Below, piece after piece: positions 8,335 through 16,046 of a DNA stretch of 64,000 bases; within the stretch, counting starts at the first letter, position 1, and every line of letters starts with the position of its first letter. The notes beneath the pieces are model-generated. The model saw only the letters and a program-made list of their open reading frames with translations, did no database searches and was not told the DNA's origin. This DNA comes from Terriglobales bacterium. Its GTDB lineage: Bacteria; Acidobacteriota; Aminicenantia; Aminicenantales; Saccharicenantaceae. A program made the position numbers and the translations under genes. The DNA lies in contig DATKJS010000095.1 in the NCBI GenBank assembly GCA_035543515.1, forward strand, positions 24,633-88,632, written 5' to 3'.

Positions 8335-9660
8335 TCAACTGCGGGCCCCGATCTCGTCGGTTTCCTGAGACAGGAGGGGGGCCTCGTCCTGCGGAGCCGG
8401 GTTCTTGAACGAGACCGAGCGCAGGAATTGACCGCCGTGCCTCCTCGAGAAAACCAGACCGGCCAGGGAGAGGAGCCCGATCAGGCCCAGGGGGATGCGG
8501 ACCCCGAGCAGGCTGGCCAGCGTCCCCGAGAGCATGACCGGCACGATGGCGGTGATATTGGCCAGGACCGAGAGATTCCCGAAAACCCGTCCCTGAAGCC
8601 TCTCGGGCGTCCGTTCCTGGATCATGGTCTGCGAGGGAACGACGAGCCCGGTGAAGCCCAGGCCCATTCCGAAGCCGATGGCCGAACCCGATGCGGTCCG
8701 CAGCCAGCCGTGCAATCCGGGCACGGCCGCGATCAGCGCCATGACGAGGAGGCTGATGTCCATGAGGCTGGCCTCGACGACGCGCTTCTTCCTCCAGCCC
8801 CTAACCAGAAGCCTGGGGACCGCGCCGACCCCGGCGAGCGCTCCCAGCGCGAAGGGAACGACGACGACGAGCCCGGCCGACCGGGCCGTGATGCGGAGGA
8901 GCTCCGTGGCGACGGCTGGGACGGTCACGATGATCATCGACAGAGCGCCCTGGGCCGAAAGGAGGAGCAGAAAGGGGGCGAAGACATCGCGTTGGTCTCT
9001 CAAGAACCGGAAGCCATGCCGCACGGCTCCCCAGAGCGAGTCGGATTCGCGGCGAGACGATGCCGGGCCGGGGCCGACGTTCATCGCAGGAAGGAGGAGC
9101 ACGCAGACGAAGGCGAGGACCAGCAGGCCCCCGCACAACCCGAGGGTGCGCGAAACGCCGAGGAGCCGGATGAGGCCGCCGCCGACGGAAAAACCGACGA
9201 TGACGGCGACATTCTGGGTGATGAAAAAGAGGCCCGTGGCCCTCGGAAAGCAAGCCTGGGGAAGCAGACAGGGCAGGGAAGCGATCTCCGCGGGGACATA
9301 GAACTGGTTGAGGGATGAATAGAGAAAGACGACGCAGCAGATGAAAACGGGGGTCGCCTGGCCCGACAAGGCCAGCCAGAAGACAGCCGCCCCCCGGACG
9401 AGGTTGGCGGCCATCAGGAGCTCCCTCCTGTCCCGGGCGTCGACGAAAGCCCCGGCGAGAGGACCGAACACGACGGACGGCAGGGCATAGGCCAGCCAAA
9501 GGAAGGATGTGGACAGAGAGGAGCCGGTCATCTCGAAGAGCCGCGTCAGGAGGACGAAATTCATGGTCTGGACGCTGACCTGGGAGAGAATCTGGGAGGA
9601 CCACAGGCAGAGGAACTTCCGATGATGGAGGACGGACGCCGTCTCCTCTCCCATCGTCAC
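8335..9660 (-). CDS. MFS transporter
   Basis: 441 aa with about 12 hydrophobic segments. The MFS loop motif is GPLAGAFVDARDRRELLM. Its stop codon abuts the ppk1 stop with no intergenic base. Confidence 0.8.
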   Translation of the reverse strand: MTMGEETASVLHHRKFLCLWSSQILSQVSVQTMNFVLLTRLFEMTGSSLSTSFLWLAYALPSVVFGPLAGAFVDARDRRELLMAANLVRGAAVFWLALSGQATPVFICCVVFLYSSLNQFYVPAEIASLPCLLPQACFPRATGLFFITQNVAVIVGFSVGGGLIRLLGVSRTLGLCGGLLVLAFVCVLLLPAMNVGPGPASSRRESDSLWGAVRHGFRFLRDQRDVFAPFLLLLSAQGALSMIIVTVPAVATELLRITARSAGLVVVVPFALGALAGVGAVPRLLVRGWRKKRVVEASLMDISLLVMALIAAVPGLHGWLRTASGSAIGFGMGLGFTGLVVPSQTMIQERTPERLQGRVFGNLSVLANITAIVPVMLSGTLASLLGVRIPLGLIGLLSLAGLVFSRRHGGQFLRSVSFKNPAPQDEAPLLSQETDEIGARS

Positions 9661-9847
9661 TCGTCCCTCCGGAAACGTCCCGCCGACCGGCCCGCCAGCG
9701 GTGTCGCCGGGGGCTTCGCGGTCATCACTCGCGCTTCCCGTCGCGCAGGATCTCCGCCATGAACCCCTTGACGCTGCTCCCGAGTCCGTCCCGGGAGCCG
9801 GGCGGACTCGCCTTCGAAATCGGCCACACGCGCCCCCCGGTCTCCCC

Positions 9848-10804
9848 TCAATTCTCGGCCGTATTCTCTATGGTCGGCGTGGAGGAGGCGCCGACCATCT
9901 CGGGCTGGAGCTCCCCGGGCACGCGCTCGGAATCGGGGCTTTTCCGGAGGCGCCGGATGGCCGCTCTCTCGCTCTCATAGACCCGCTTGATCCCGTCGCC
10001 GAGCGCCGACTCAGTCGTCCGGATGTACTTCACCAGGCGCTCGAGACCCGTCGGCTCGATGGACGCGGCGTGGTCGCTTCCCCACATCGACCGGTCCAGG
10101 GTGATATGCCGCTCCACCAGGCAGGCCCCCAGCGCGACGGCCAGGGTCGACGGGACGAGCCCGACCTCATGACCGGAGTAGCCGATCGGGACGTCGAACG
10201 CGGCTTCGAGCGCGGGGATGACCTTGAGGTTCAGCTCCTCGGGGGGACACGGGTAGGTGCTCGTCGAATGAAGAAGGACGAGACGGTCCTGACCGAGGAG
10301 CTCGACGGCGGCGCGGATCTCCGGCATCGTCGACATCCCGGTCGAGAGGATGAGCGGGCGGCCCGTTCTTCTATAATGCTGAAGGAGCCGCAGGTCGGTC
10401 AAGGCGGCGGACGGGATCTTGTAGCAGGGCGGGTCAAAGGCCTCGAGGAAAGCGATGGACGGCGCGTCCCAGCAGGACGCGAACCATGAAAGGCCCTGCC
10501 GCTGGCAGTGGGCATCGATCTCCCGGTACTCGTCGTACCCGAATTCCACGCGGTAGCGGTATTCCAGGTAGGTGATGTAGCCCCAGGGGGTCTCCCGCAT
10601 GACGTTCATCAGCTCGATAGGGACGCAGTGCTCCGGGGACCTTTTTTGGAACTTCACGGCGTCGCACCCCGCCCGGGCCGCGACATCGACGAGTTTCTTG
10701 GCCAGGTCGACCTGACCGTTGTGGTTGATGCCGATCTCGGCGACGATGAAGGTCGGGTGGCCGCGACCGACGGTGCGGGGACCGATGCGGACGGTCGGGT
10801 TCAT
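9848..10804 (-). CDS. neuB: NeuB-family nonulosonic acid (N-acylneuraminate / KDN-9-phosphate) synthase; no C-terminal SAF domain is recognisable
   Basis: Motifs are FIVAEIGINHNG, DAVKFQKR, PLILSTGMST and GYSGHEVG. The start is the ATG at 10804, overlapping the upstream stop as ATGA. The 139-aa Arg/Pro/Gly-rich extension in the ORF track is rejected. Confidence 0.85.
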   Translation of the reverse strand: MNPTVRIGPRTVGRGHPTFIVAEIGINHNGQVDLAKKLVDVAARAGCDAVKFQKRSPEHCVPIELMNVMRETPWGYITYLEYRYRVEFGYDEYREIDAHCQRQGLSWFASCWDAPSIAFLEAFDPPCYKIPSAALTDLRLLQHYRRTGRPLILSTGMSTMPEIRAAVELLGQDRLVLLHSTSTYPCPPEELNLKVIPALEAAFDVPIGYSGHEVGLVPSTLAVALGACLVERHITLDRSMWGSDHAASIEPTGLERLVKYIRTTESALGDGIKRVYESERAAIRRLRKSPDSERVPGELQPEMVGASSTPTIENTAEN

Positions 10805-12030
10805 GAGTCCTCCTTCTTCTGACCCGCCAAAATGAGGTCGCAGAACTCGCGGACGGCCCCGCGGCCGCCGCACCGCTTCAGGACGAGATGGGCCTCCCGG
10901 AGGAGTTCCGGGCGGGCGTCGGCGACGGCCACGGCCAGTCCGGCGGCCGCGAAGGCCTCGAGGTCGTTGACATCGTTGCCGATATAGGCGACCTCCTCGA
11001 GAGGGACACCCTCTTCCCGCGCGGCCCTGACCAGCACTTCCCTCTTCCGCCTGACCCGCTGGTAACAGCGGACTTTGAGCTTCTTGGCCCTTTCGAGGAC
11101 GACGGGGTTCGCTTCCGTGGAGATGATGGCGAAGGGGATCCCGGCGGCTTGGAGATGGGAGATCCCCAGCCCGTCCTCCCGGCTGCAGGCCACGCTTTCG
11201 CGGCCGTCCTGGCTCAGCCAAACCCGGTTATCCGTGAGGACGCCGTCGAAATCCGAGACGACCAGCCGGATCCGCCGCGCCAGCGCCAGAGGGCTGTCCT
11301 CCGGCACGACCAGGGCGGATCCATGCGCCTGGATCAAGTGCTCGGCGAGGGCCCATTGGGGAAGGGAATCGAGGTCGACGGCGAAGGCCGATTCGGCGGG
11401 GTAGGGAAGGATGCGGTCGCCGCTCACGCTCCGCTTTTCGTTGATCGTCGCCGCCCGCATGACGTCGACCTGGCCCGTCTGCCAATAGGTCTCCGGGAGA
11501 CTCTGGCGCGGGGCATTGTACGGCTCGGGGGCTCCTGCCGGGAGGAGCGGCTCGAGCCGTCCCTCGTTCGTCCGCCACATCTTATAGGGATTTTGATTGG
11601 GAGGGGCCACGCTCCGGACCGAATCCGCGTCCGGGTTCTCGAGAAGCGTCCGGATGGCCCCGTCGACGAGCCCCGGAGGCCGCAGGGGAGAGGTGGGCCG
11701 CAGGTGGACCACGATGTCCGGCCGGTAATCATCGCTCGTGGCCAGCGTGAGCAGGGCATGTTGGAAGACCGGCAGGTCGGTCACGGAGTCCCCGGCGAGC
11801 TCGGCCGGGCGACGGAACGGGACTTCGGCGCCCAGGGCCGTCGCGACCCGGGCGATCTCGGCGTCGTCGGTCGAGACGATGGTCCGCTCGATGAACGAGG
11901 AGGCCTTCGCCGCCGCGATGCTGTAGGCGATGAGTGGGCGGCCCCCCAGGAGCTTGATGTTCTTTCCCGGGATGCCCTTGGAACCGCCGCGGGCCGGGAT
12001 GAGAGCGAGGATCCTGGCGGCTTTCACCAC
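10801..12030 (-). CDS. neuA: bifunctional CMP-nonulosonate synthetase (NeuA-like cytidylyltransferase) fused to a KdsC-type HAD phosphatase
   Basis: The N-terminus reads ALIPARGGSKGIPGKNIKLLGGRPLIAYSI, typical of CTP_transf_3. The C-terminal ~160 aa carry SDFDGVLTDNRVW...GNDVNDLEAF...GGRGAVREFCDLIL, i.e. the DxD HAD motif in a KdsC-like layout. Confidence 0.85.
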   Translation of the reverse strand: MVKAARILALIPARGGSKGIPGKNIKLLGGRPLIAYSIAAAKASSFIERTIVSTDDAEIARVATALGAEVPFRRPAELAGDSVTDLPVFQHALLTLATSDDYRPDIVVHLRPTSPLRPPGLVDGAIRTLLENPDADSVRSVAPPNQNPYKMWRTNEGRLEPLLPAGAPEPYNAPRQSLPETYWQTGQVDVMRAATINEKRSVSGDRILPYPAESAFAVDLDSLPQWALAEHLIQAHGSALVVPEDSPLALARRIRLVVSDFDGVLTDNRVWLSQDGRESVACSREDGLGISHLQAAGIPFAIISTEANPVVLERAKKLKVRCYQRVRRKREVLVRAAREEGVPLEEVAYIGNDVNDLEAFAAAGLAVAVADARPELLREAHLVLKRCGGRGAVREFCDLILAGQKKEDS

Positions 12031-12836
12031 GCGGTCCAGCCCCCGTCAACGATGAGGTCGGCCCCCGTCATGTAGGACGAGGCGTCCGACAGCAGGAACA
12101 TGAGGGCGCCGCAGTACTCGTCGGCCTGGGCCATGCGCCCCAGGGGATTGCGGGACCCATAGCGTTCGAGGAAACCAGGGTCGTGGCCGTTCTCGACCCC
12201 GCCCAGGACGAGCGTGTTGACACGGATCCCCGTCCCGGCCCAGTAGGCGGCCAGGTAGCGGGTCAAGCCGATGACGGCGCTCTTGGATACCGAATAGGTC
12301 ACGGGCTTGGTCTTTCTGGGGCCTCCGCCTGCCTCCTCGTAGAGCCGCTGGTCCGGTCCGACGAGCCCGTAGATCGAAGAGATGTTGACGATCGTCCCTC
12401 GTCCCCGGTCCCGCATGACGCGCCCGGCGCTCTGGGCGCAGAGGAACGAGCCCGTCAGGTTAACGGCGAGTTCCCGGTTCCACAGCTCGAGGGGAAAGGA
12501 CTCGAACGGAGCCGTGTGGGCGCCGGCATGGGATGGGTCGAACTTCGGGTCGGAGGCGGCGTTGTTGACCAAGCCGTCGATCGCCCCGAACCGGCCGACG
12601 GTTTCCGAGATCGCGGCGCTGACGGACGAGGGCTCGGTCACATCGAGCGGGAGGGCGCACACCCTGCGAGTGTCGAGGGCCTGCGCCGCCTGTTCGGCCG
12701 CGGCCAGGTCGATGTCGGCGATGGCCACGTTCGCGCCCGCGCGGGCCAGCGCCCGGGCGTAGGCGCGCCCCAGGAGCCCGGCCCCGCCCGTGATGAGGAT
12801 GGTCCGCCCCTCGACCTCAAATGGGGATGCCGACAT
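12024..12836 (-). CDS. SDR-family oxidoreductase
   Basis: The cofactor motif is TGGAGLLGRAYA and the catalytic region is NISSIYG...YSVSKSAV. The gene overlaps both neighbours. Confidence 0.85.
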   Translation of the reverse strand: MSASPFEVEGRTILITGGAGLLGRAYARALARAGANVAIADIDLAAAEQAAQALDTRRVCALPLDVTEPSSVSAAISETVGRFGAIDGLVNNAASDPKFDPSHAGAHTAPFESFPLELWNRELAVNLTGSFLCAQSAGRVMRDRGRGTIVNISSIYGLVGPDQRLYEEAGGGPRKTKPVTYSVSKSAVIGLTRYLAAYWAGTGIRVNTLVLGGVENGHDPGFLERYGSRNPLGRMAQADEYCGALMFLLSDASSYMTGADLIVDGGWTAW

Positions 12837-13872
12837 CGACCTCCCTCCTTTCCGCCGACGACCGGTGCACCGCCAGCGAGATCTCGAGGGCCCGGATCCC
12901 GTCGTCGAGAGTGCAGACGGGCGCCTCGAGGCCGAGGACGGCGGCCAGGAAATTCCTCATCTCGTCGACGAACATCGTGTTGCGTTCGAAACCGGAGGGG
13001 GCGGAAATGCGCAAGGACTCCTCTCCGTCGGCGGGGACGAAGTCGAGCGCCTCCTCGTCGAAGTCCAGCCTGAGAATCCCCGCTTCCCCGACGATCTGGA
13101 GAGAGTGCTCCCGGGGGTGCTGGACGTAGTCGAGTTCCACGGTCCCGATGGCTCCCGAGCCAAACCGCAGCACGGCCTGGGCGGTGTCCTCGGTGTCGAT
13201 CTCGAGGAGGGACAGCTTCGCCGTCGCGCCGCCGACCGACCGCACGTTCCCGAGGAGCCAGCGCAGGTAGTCGAAGGGATGGGATAGCGTCAGGACCGGG
13301 CCTCCCCCGAGACCGACCCTGGCGCTGTAGCCGTTGCGGTAGTCCTCTCCGGGATGCCAGCCGGGCAGGTATTCCCCATACCGGGCCCGGCAGGAGATGA
13401 TCGTGCCCAGGCGCCCTTCCTCCAGCCATCGCTTGGCCGTCCGGAGGAGGGGATGGAAGCGGAACTGGAAGCCGGTCGCGGCCACGAGGCCCCGGTCGAT
13501 GACCTCCTTGCGGAGCTCGGGAATGCCCAGCCAGCTGTGGGCGACAGGTTTTTCGACGAAGAGATGACATCCTGCGTCCACGGCGGCCAAGGCGGTCTCC
13601 ATGTGGAGCGCCGTGGGATTCGCGATAACGACGGCGGAGGGACGCCCCGAGAGGGCCGTGGCCAGGTCGCTTTCCAAGGCCAGGGACGATAGGGCGTCGG
13701 GACCCCGATGCCCCTTGCCGGTTCGGAGCAGGGTCAGGTCCTTGACGCCCAAGCCGAGGAGGTTCTTGAGATGACGGTAACCGGCGGAGCCGAGGCCGAC
13801 GACCAGAACGGACAGGTCGGCCACGGCGGTCGGGGTGACAAGGGTCCCGGCAGGGGCGTGGTTCTTGACCAT
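12817..13872 (-). CDS. Gfo/Idh/MocA-family NAD(P)-dependent oxidoreductase
   Basis: The Rossmann motif is VLVVGLGSAGYRH and EKP is present in HLFVEKPVA. The start is at MVKNH (13872), sharing 1 nt with the upstream stop. The 288-aa Arg/Pro-rich extension in the ORF track is rejected. Confidence 0.8.
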   Translation of the reverse strand: MVKNHAPAGTLVTPTAVADLSVLVVGLGSAGYRHLKNLLGLGVKDLTLLRTGKGHRGPDALSSLALESDLATALSGRPSAVVIANPTALHMETALAAVDAGCHLFVEKPVAHSWLGIPELRKEVIDRGLVAATGFQFRFHPLLRTAKRWLEEGRLGTIISCRARYGEYLPGWHPGEDYRNGYSARVGLGGGPVLTLSHPFDYLRWLLGNVRSVGGATAKLSLLEIDTEDTAQAVLRFGSGAIGTVELDYVQHPREHSLQIVGEAGILRLDFDEEALDFVPADGEESLRISAPSGFERNTMFVDEMRNFLAAVLGLEAPVCTLDDGIRALEISLAVHRSSAERREVDVGIPI

Positions 13873-14825
13873 CAGAGGAACTCCCGGCAGACCTCGGCGA
13901 TGTTCCTTCCGGAAGAGCCGCCGTTCTGGATCGGCTTGACCCGCTGGAGGAACCGCGGGTCGAGGTCCGAATGGACTTCTTTGCCCAGCGCGGCCGCGAC
14001 GAGGACGACGGACGAATAGCGCGTGACCAAGGCCTGGGAATTGGCGATCATGTGGTTGGTGTTGCCGTCGGTGTAGACGGGGTGACCCGGCGCATAGCGC
14101 CGGATCTCGCGCTCCGCCCGGAAGGAGCATTCCAGGGGATGGAGCTTGAAAAGGAGCGGCCTGCCGTCGGCGACTCTCATGGCCCTGAGGATGAACTCCT
14201 TGCGGTTCTCGAACTTGAGGCACTCGCGAAGATGGGAGGTGGCGGCCAGGACGAAGTTCCTGAGGGGAAACTCGTTGACCCTGTAGGCATCGACGTTGTC
14301 GAAGTTCGGGATGCCCGTGACCCGGATCCTCCCCGGGTCCAGCCCTTTCCGGACGAAGATCTCCCGAAAGCCATCGGAAGCGACGCAGAACGCGCGATAG
14401 GCGCGGGACAATCCGGTCATCGAGGTGTTGGCGAGGAAGCGAGGCAGGTGGAGAGCCCGAACGAGCCGGTAGACGAGGTTTTCCGGGTCGATCATGCCCT
14501 CCTGCACGAGCACGAGCGCCTTGGTGCGGACGTTCTTGGGGATGATGAGGTCCGTGCAGGTCACCACGAGATCGTAGTCCCGCGACGAACCGCCGTCGTC
14601 GATCGCGCCGTCGGCGTCGCGAAGGAAAGCCTCGGCCCGGCCCCGGGCTCTGCGGCCCAGGATGGAGAATTCCAGGAGTCCGGCCCGTGCCGCCGCCCAG
14701 ACGATGCCGTTCCCATAAAAGGGCGTGAACCAGCAATCGTAGTCCGCAAGGTGGCGGGCTACTTCAGAGTTGATTGTCGTCTGGTTGAGGGACCCGCAGA
14801 TGAACAGGATTCTCTTCCGCCCCAT
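13872..14825 (-). CDS. GT-B-fold-like sugar-modifying or glycosyltransferase-like protein of unknown specificity
   Basis: 317 aa and first gene of the operon. The N-terminus KRILFICGSLNQ and the late motif NSQALVTRYSSVVLVAAALGKEV resemble two Rossmann-like halves. I chose the ATG at 14825, with GGAGA 5 nt upstream. The function is not assigned from sequence. Confidence 0.45.
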   Translation of the reverse strand: MGRKRILFICGSLNQTTINSEVARHLADYDCWFTPFYGNGIVWAAARAGLLEFSILGRRARGRAEAFLRDADGAIDDGGSSRDYDLVVTCTDLIIPKNVRTKALVLVQEGMIDPENLVYRLVRALHLPRFLANTSMTGLSRAYRAFCVASDGFREIFVRKGLDPGRIRVTGIPNFDNVDAYRVNEFPLRNFVLAATSHLRECLKFENRKEFILRAMRVADGRPLLFKLHPLECSFRAEREIRRYAPGHPVYTDGNTNHMIANSQALVTRYSSVVLVAAALGKEVHSDLDPRFLQRVKPIQNGGSSGRNIAEVCREFL

Positions 14826-14880
14826 GGGGCTCTCCAAAACGCCGCGCCTCTCCGAAGGAGCTCTTTATAGCCTGGCCGTG

Positions 14881-14906
14881 TTAATTTTGTATTTGGTTGC
14901 CGTTAA
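14881..14906. promoter_or_regulatory. pair of GTTAATT boxes 22 bp apart in the divergent nonulosonate-operon / flavoprotein intergenic region
   Basis: gtgTTAATTttg lies at 14881 and ccgTTAATTctt at 14903. On the minus strand both read ATTAAC. Only two copies are present. Confidence 0.25.
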
Positions 14907-15010
14907 TTCTTGCCGTCCGAAGGGCCCTTTGCCACGAAACGGTTCCGTTCACGCGCCCGAACATGCTATGATGTCCGCGTTCGGCGCATCCCCCTGCAGG
15001 AGCGGACCTG

Positions 15011-15796
15011 GTGAAGATCCTCGCGCTCGTCGGGAGCTATCGCACGACCGGCAATACGAGCCAGCTCGTCGCCATGGTCCGCGGCGCCCTCGATCAGGAG
15101 GCGGCGCGAGCCGGGGTTCCGTTCGAGTTCGAAACGCTCCATCTGGGTCATGCTAGGATCGATGCTTGCCGTGGTTGTCGGGCCTGCTTCGACCGCGGCG
15201 AGGAGATGTGTCCGGTCAAGGACGATCTTCAGGCCGTCAAGGCGAGAATGAGGCAGGCCGACGGCGTGCTGGTCGCCAGCCCGGTCTATGTCCATGACGT
15301 GAGCGGCATCACGAAGAACTGGATCGATCGCCTGGCTCACGTCTGCCATCGCCCGGAGTTCGCGGGGAAATGCGCCTACCTGCTGGCGACGGTCGGCGGT
15401 TCGCCGACGGGACACGCCCTGGGTTCGCTCCAGATAGCCCTGAGCACCTGGGGATTCTCCGTCGTCGGGCGGACCGGGCTTAGGACCGGCGCGTTGATGA
15501 GGGGAGACGAGGCCCGGCGCTTCGAGGAGAAGACGGGGCGGGTGGCCCGCGCGCTCTTTCAGGCCGTCCATCGTCGTGCCTTCGTCAAGCCCTCCTTCCG
15601 GTCGCTGATGACGTTCAAGATCCAGCAGAAGGCCTGGCAGAGCTCCCCTGAACGCGGGACGGTCGATCACGAGTATTGGCGTCGTCAAGGCTGGCTCGAC
15701 CCGGGGCGGGATTTTTATATCGCCCACGAGGCCGGCCGGTTGAAGGTGGCTCTGGCGCGACTGGCCGGAGGCCTTCTCTTCCCCTTCGTCACCTAG
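15011..15796 (+). CDS. iron-sulfur flavoprotein / NADPH-dependent FMN reductase family protein
   Basis: The flavodoxin-like N-terminus is KILALVGSYRTTGNTS. A compact Cys cluster CRGCRACFDRGEEMC (C-x2-C-x2-C-x7-C) follows. The start codon is GTG. Confidence 0.75.
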   Translation: MKILALVGSYRTTGNTSQLVAMVRGALDQEAARAGVPFEFETLHLGHARIDACRGCRACFDRGEEMCPVKDDLQAVKARMRQADGVLVASPVYVHDVSGITKNWIDRLAHVCHRPEFAGKCAYLLATVGGSPTGHALGSLQIALSTWGFSVVGRTGLRTGALMRGDEARRFEEKTGRVARALFQAVHRRAFVKPSFRSLMTFKIQQKAWQSSPERGTVDHEYWRRQGWLDPGRDFYIAHEAGRLKVALARLAGGLLFPFVT

Positions 15797-15855
15797 AGGG
15801 CCTTCGTCAGCGACATCGGTTCGCCGAACGGGGCGGACGCGGCTCCGAAAAAGAT

Positions 15856-15883
15856 CAGGGGGGCCGCGATCGCGGCCCCCCTG
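15856..15883. terminator. perfect 28-nt palindrome; likely an intrinsic terminator, bidirectional and best for the minus strand
   Basis: The sequence is CAGGGGGGCCGCGA/TCGCGGCCCCCCTG. On the minus strand it is followed by ATCTTTTTCGG. It lies between the convergent genes at 15011-15796 (+) and 16047-17816 (-). Confidence 0.65.
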
Positions 15884-15932
15884 GTTGCCCCGGCTTCTCT
15901 TGATCTCTGCCTGACCTTCTCTTCGGGAGGAT

Positions 15933-15968
15933 GGAGGGTTGCCCGATTCCGGAGCCGGGCAACCCTCC
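15933..15968. other. 13-bp perfect stem-loop without a U-tract
   Basis: GGAGGGTTGCCCG, a 10-nt loop, then CGGGCAACCCTCC. It sits 79 nt downstream of the minus-strand phosphoesterase stop. Confidence 0.5.
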
Positions 15969-16046
15969 CCTCGCTCTCGTCAGGCGTCGATGTCGGCGAC
16001 CGGTCCCGGTCCTAAGGACCGTCCGGGTCGCGAAACCCCAAATGGT

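Noticed and set aside
9722-9847. 41 in-frame sense codons after the neuB TGA stop, ending in a double stop. This could indicate read-through, selenocysteine or a lost SAF domain.
   Set aside because: The translated extension (GETGGRVWPISKASPPGSRDGLGSSVKGFMAEILRDGKRE) shows no SAF-domain features. I could identify no SECIS-like hairpin. It is most likely a chance open frame in GC-rich DNA.
10805-11221. N-terminal 139-aa extension of the NeuB ORF. Analogous extensions lie at 13873-14736 (oxidoreductase), 40408-40896 (DsrK-like), 31061-31378 (pstA), 31633-32235 (pstB), 56841-57503 (pilT), 58079-58657 (alaS), 54182-54748 (rsmE) and 46531-46770 (cysS).
   Set aside because: The extensions are Arg/Pro/Gly-rich and overlap the upstream gene in another frame. 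In each case a family-typical N-terminus begins at an internal start with an SD or an ATGA/GTGA overlap.
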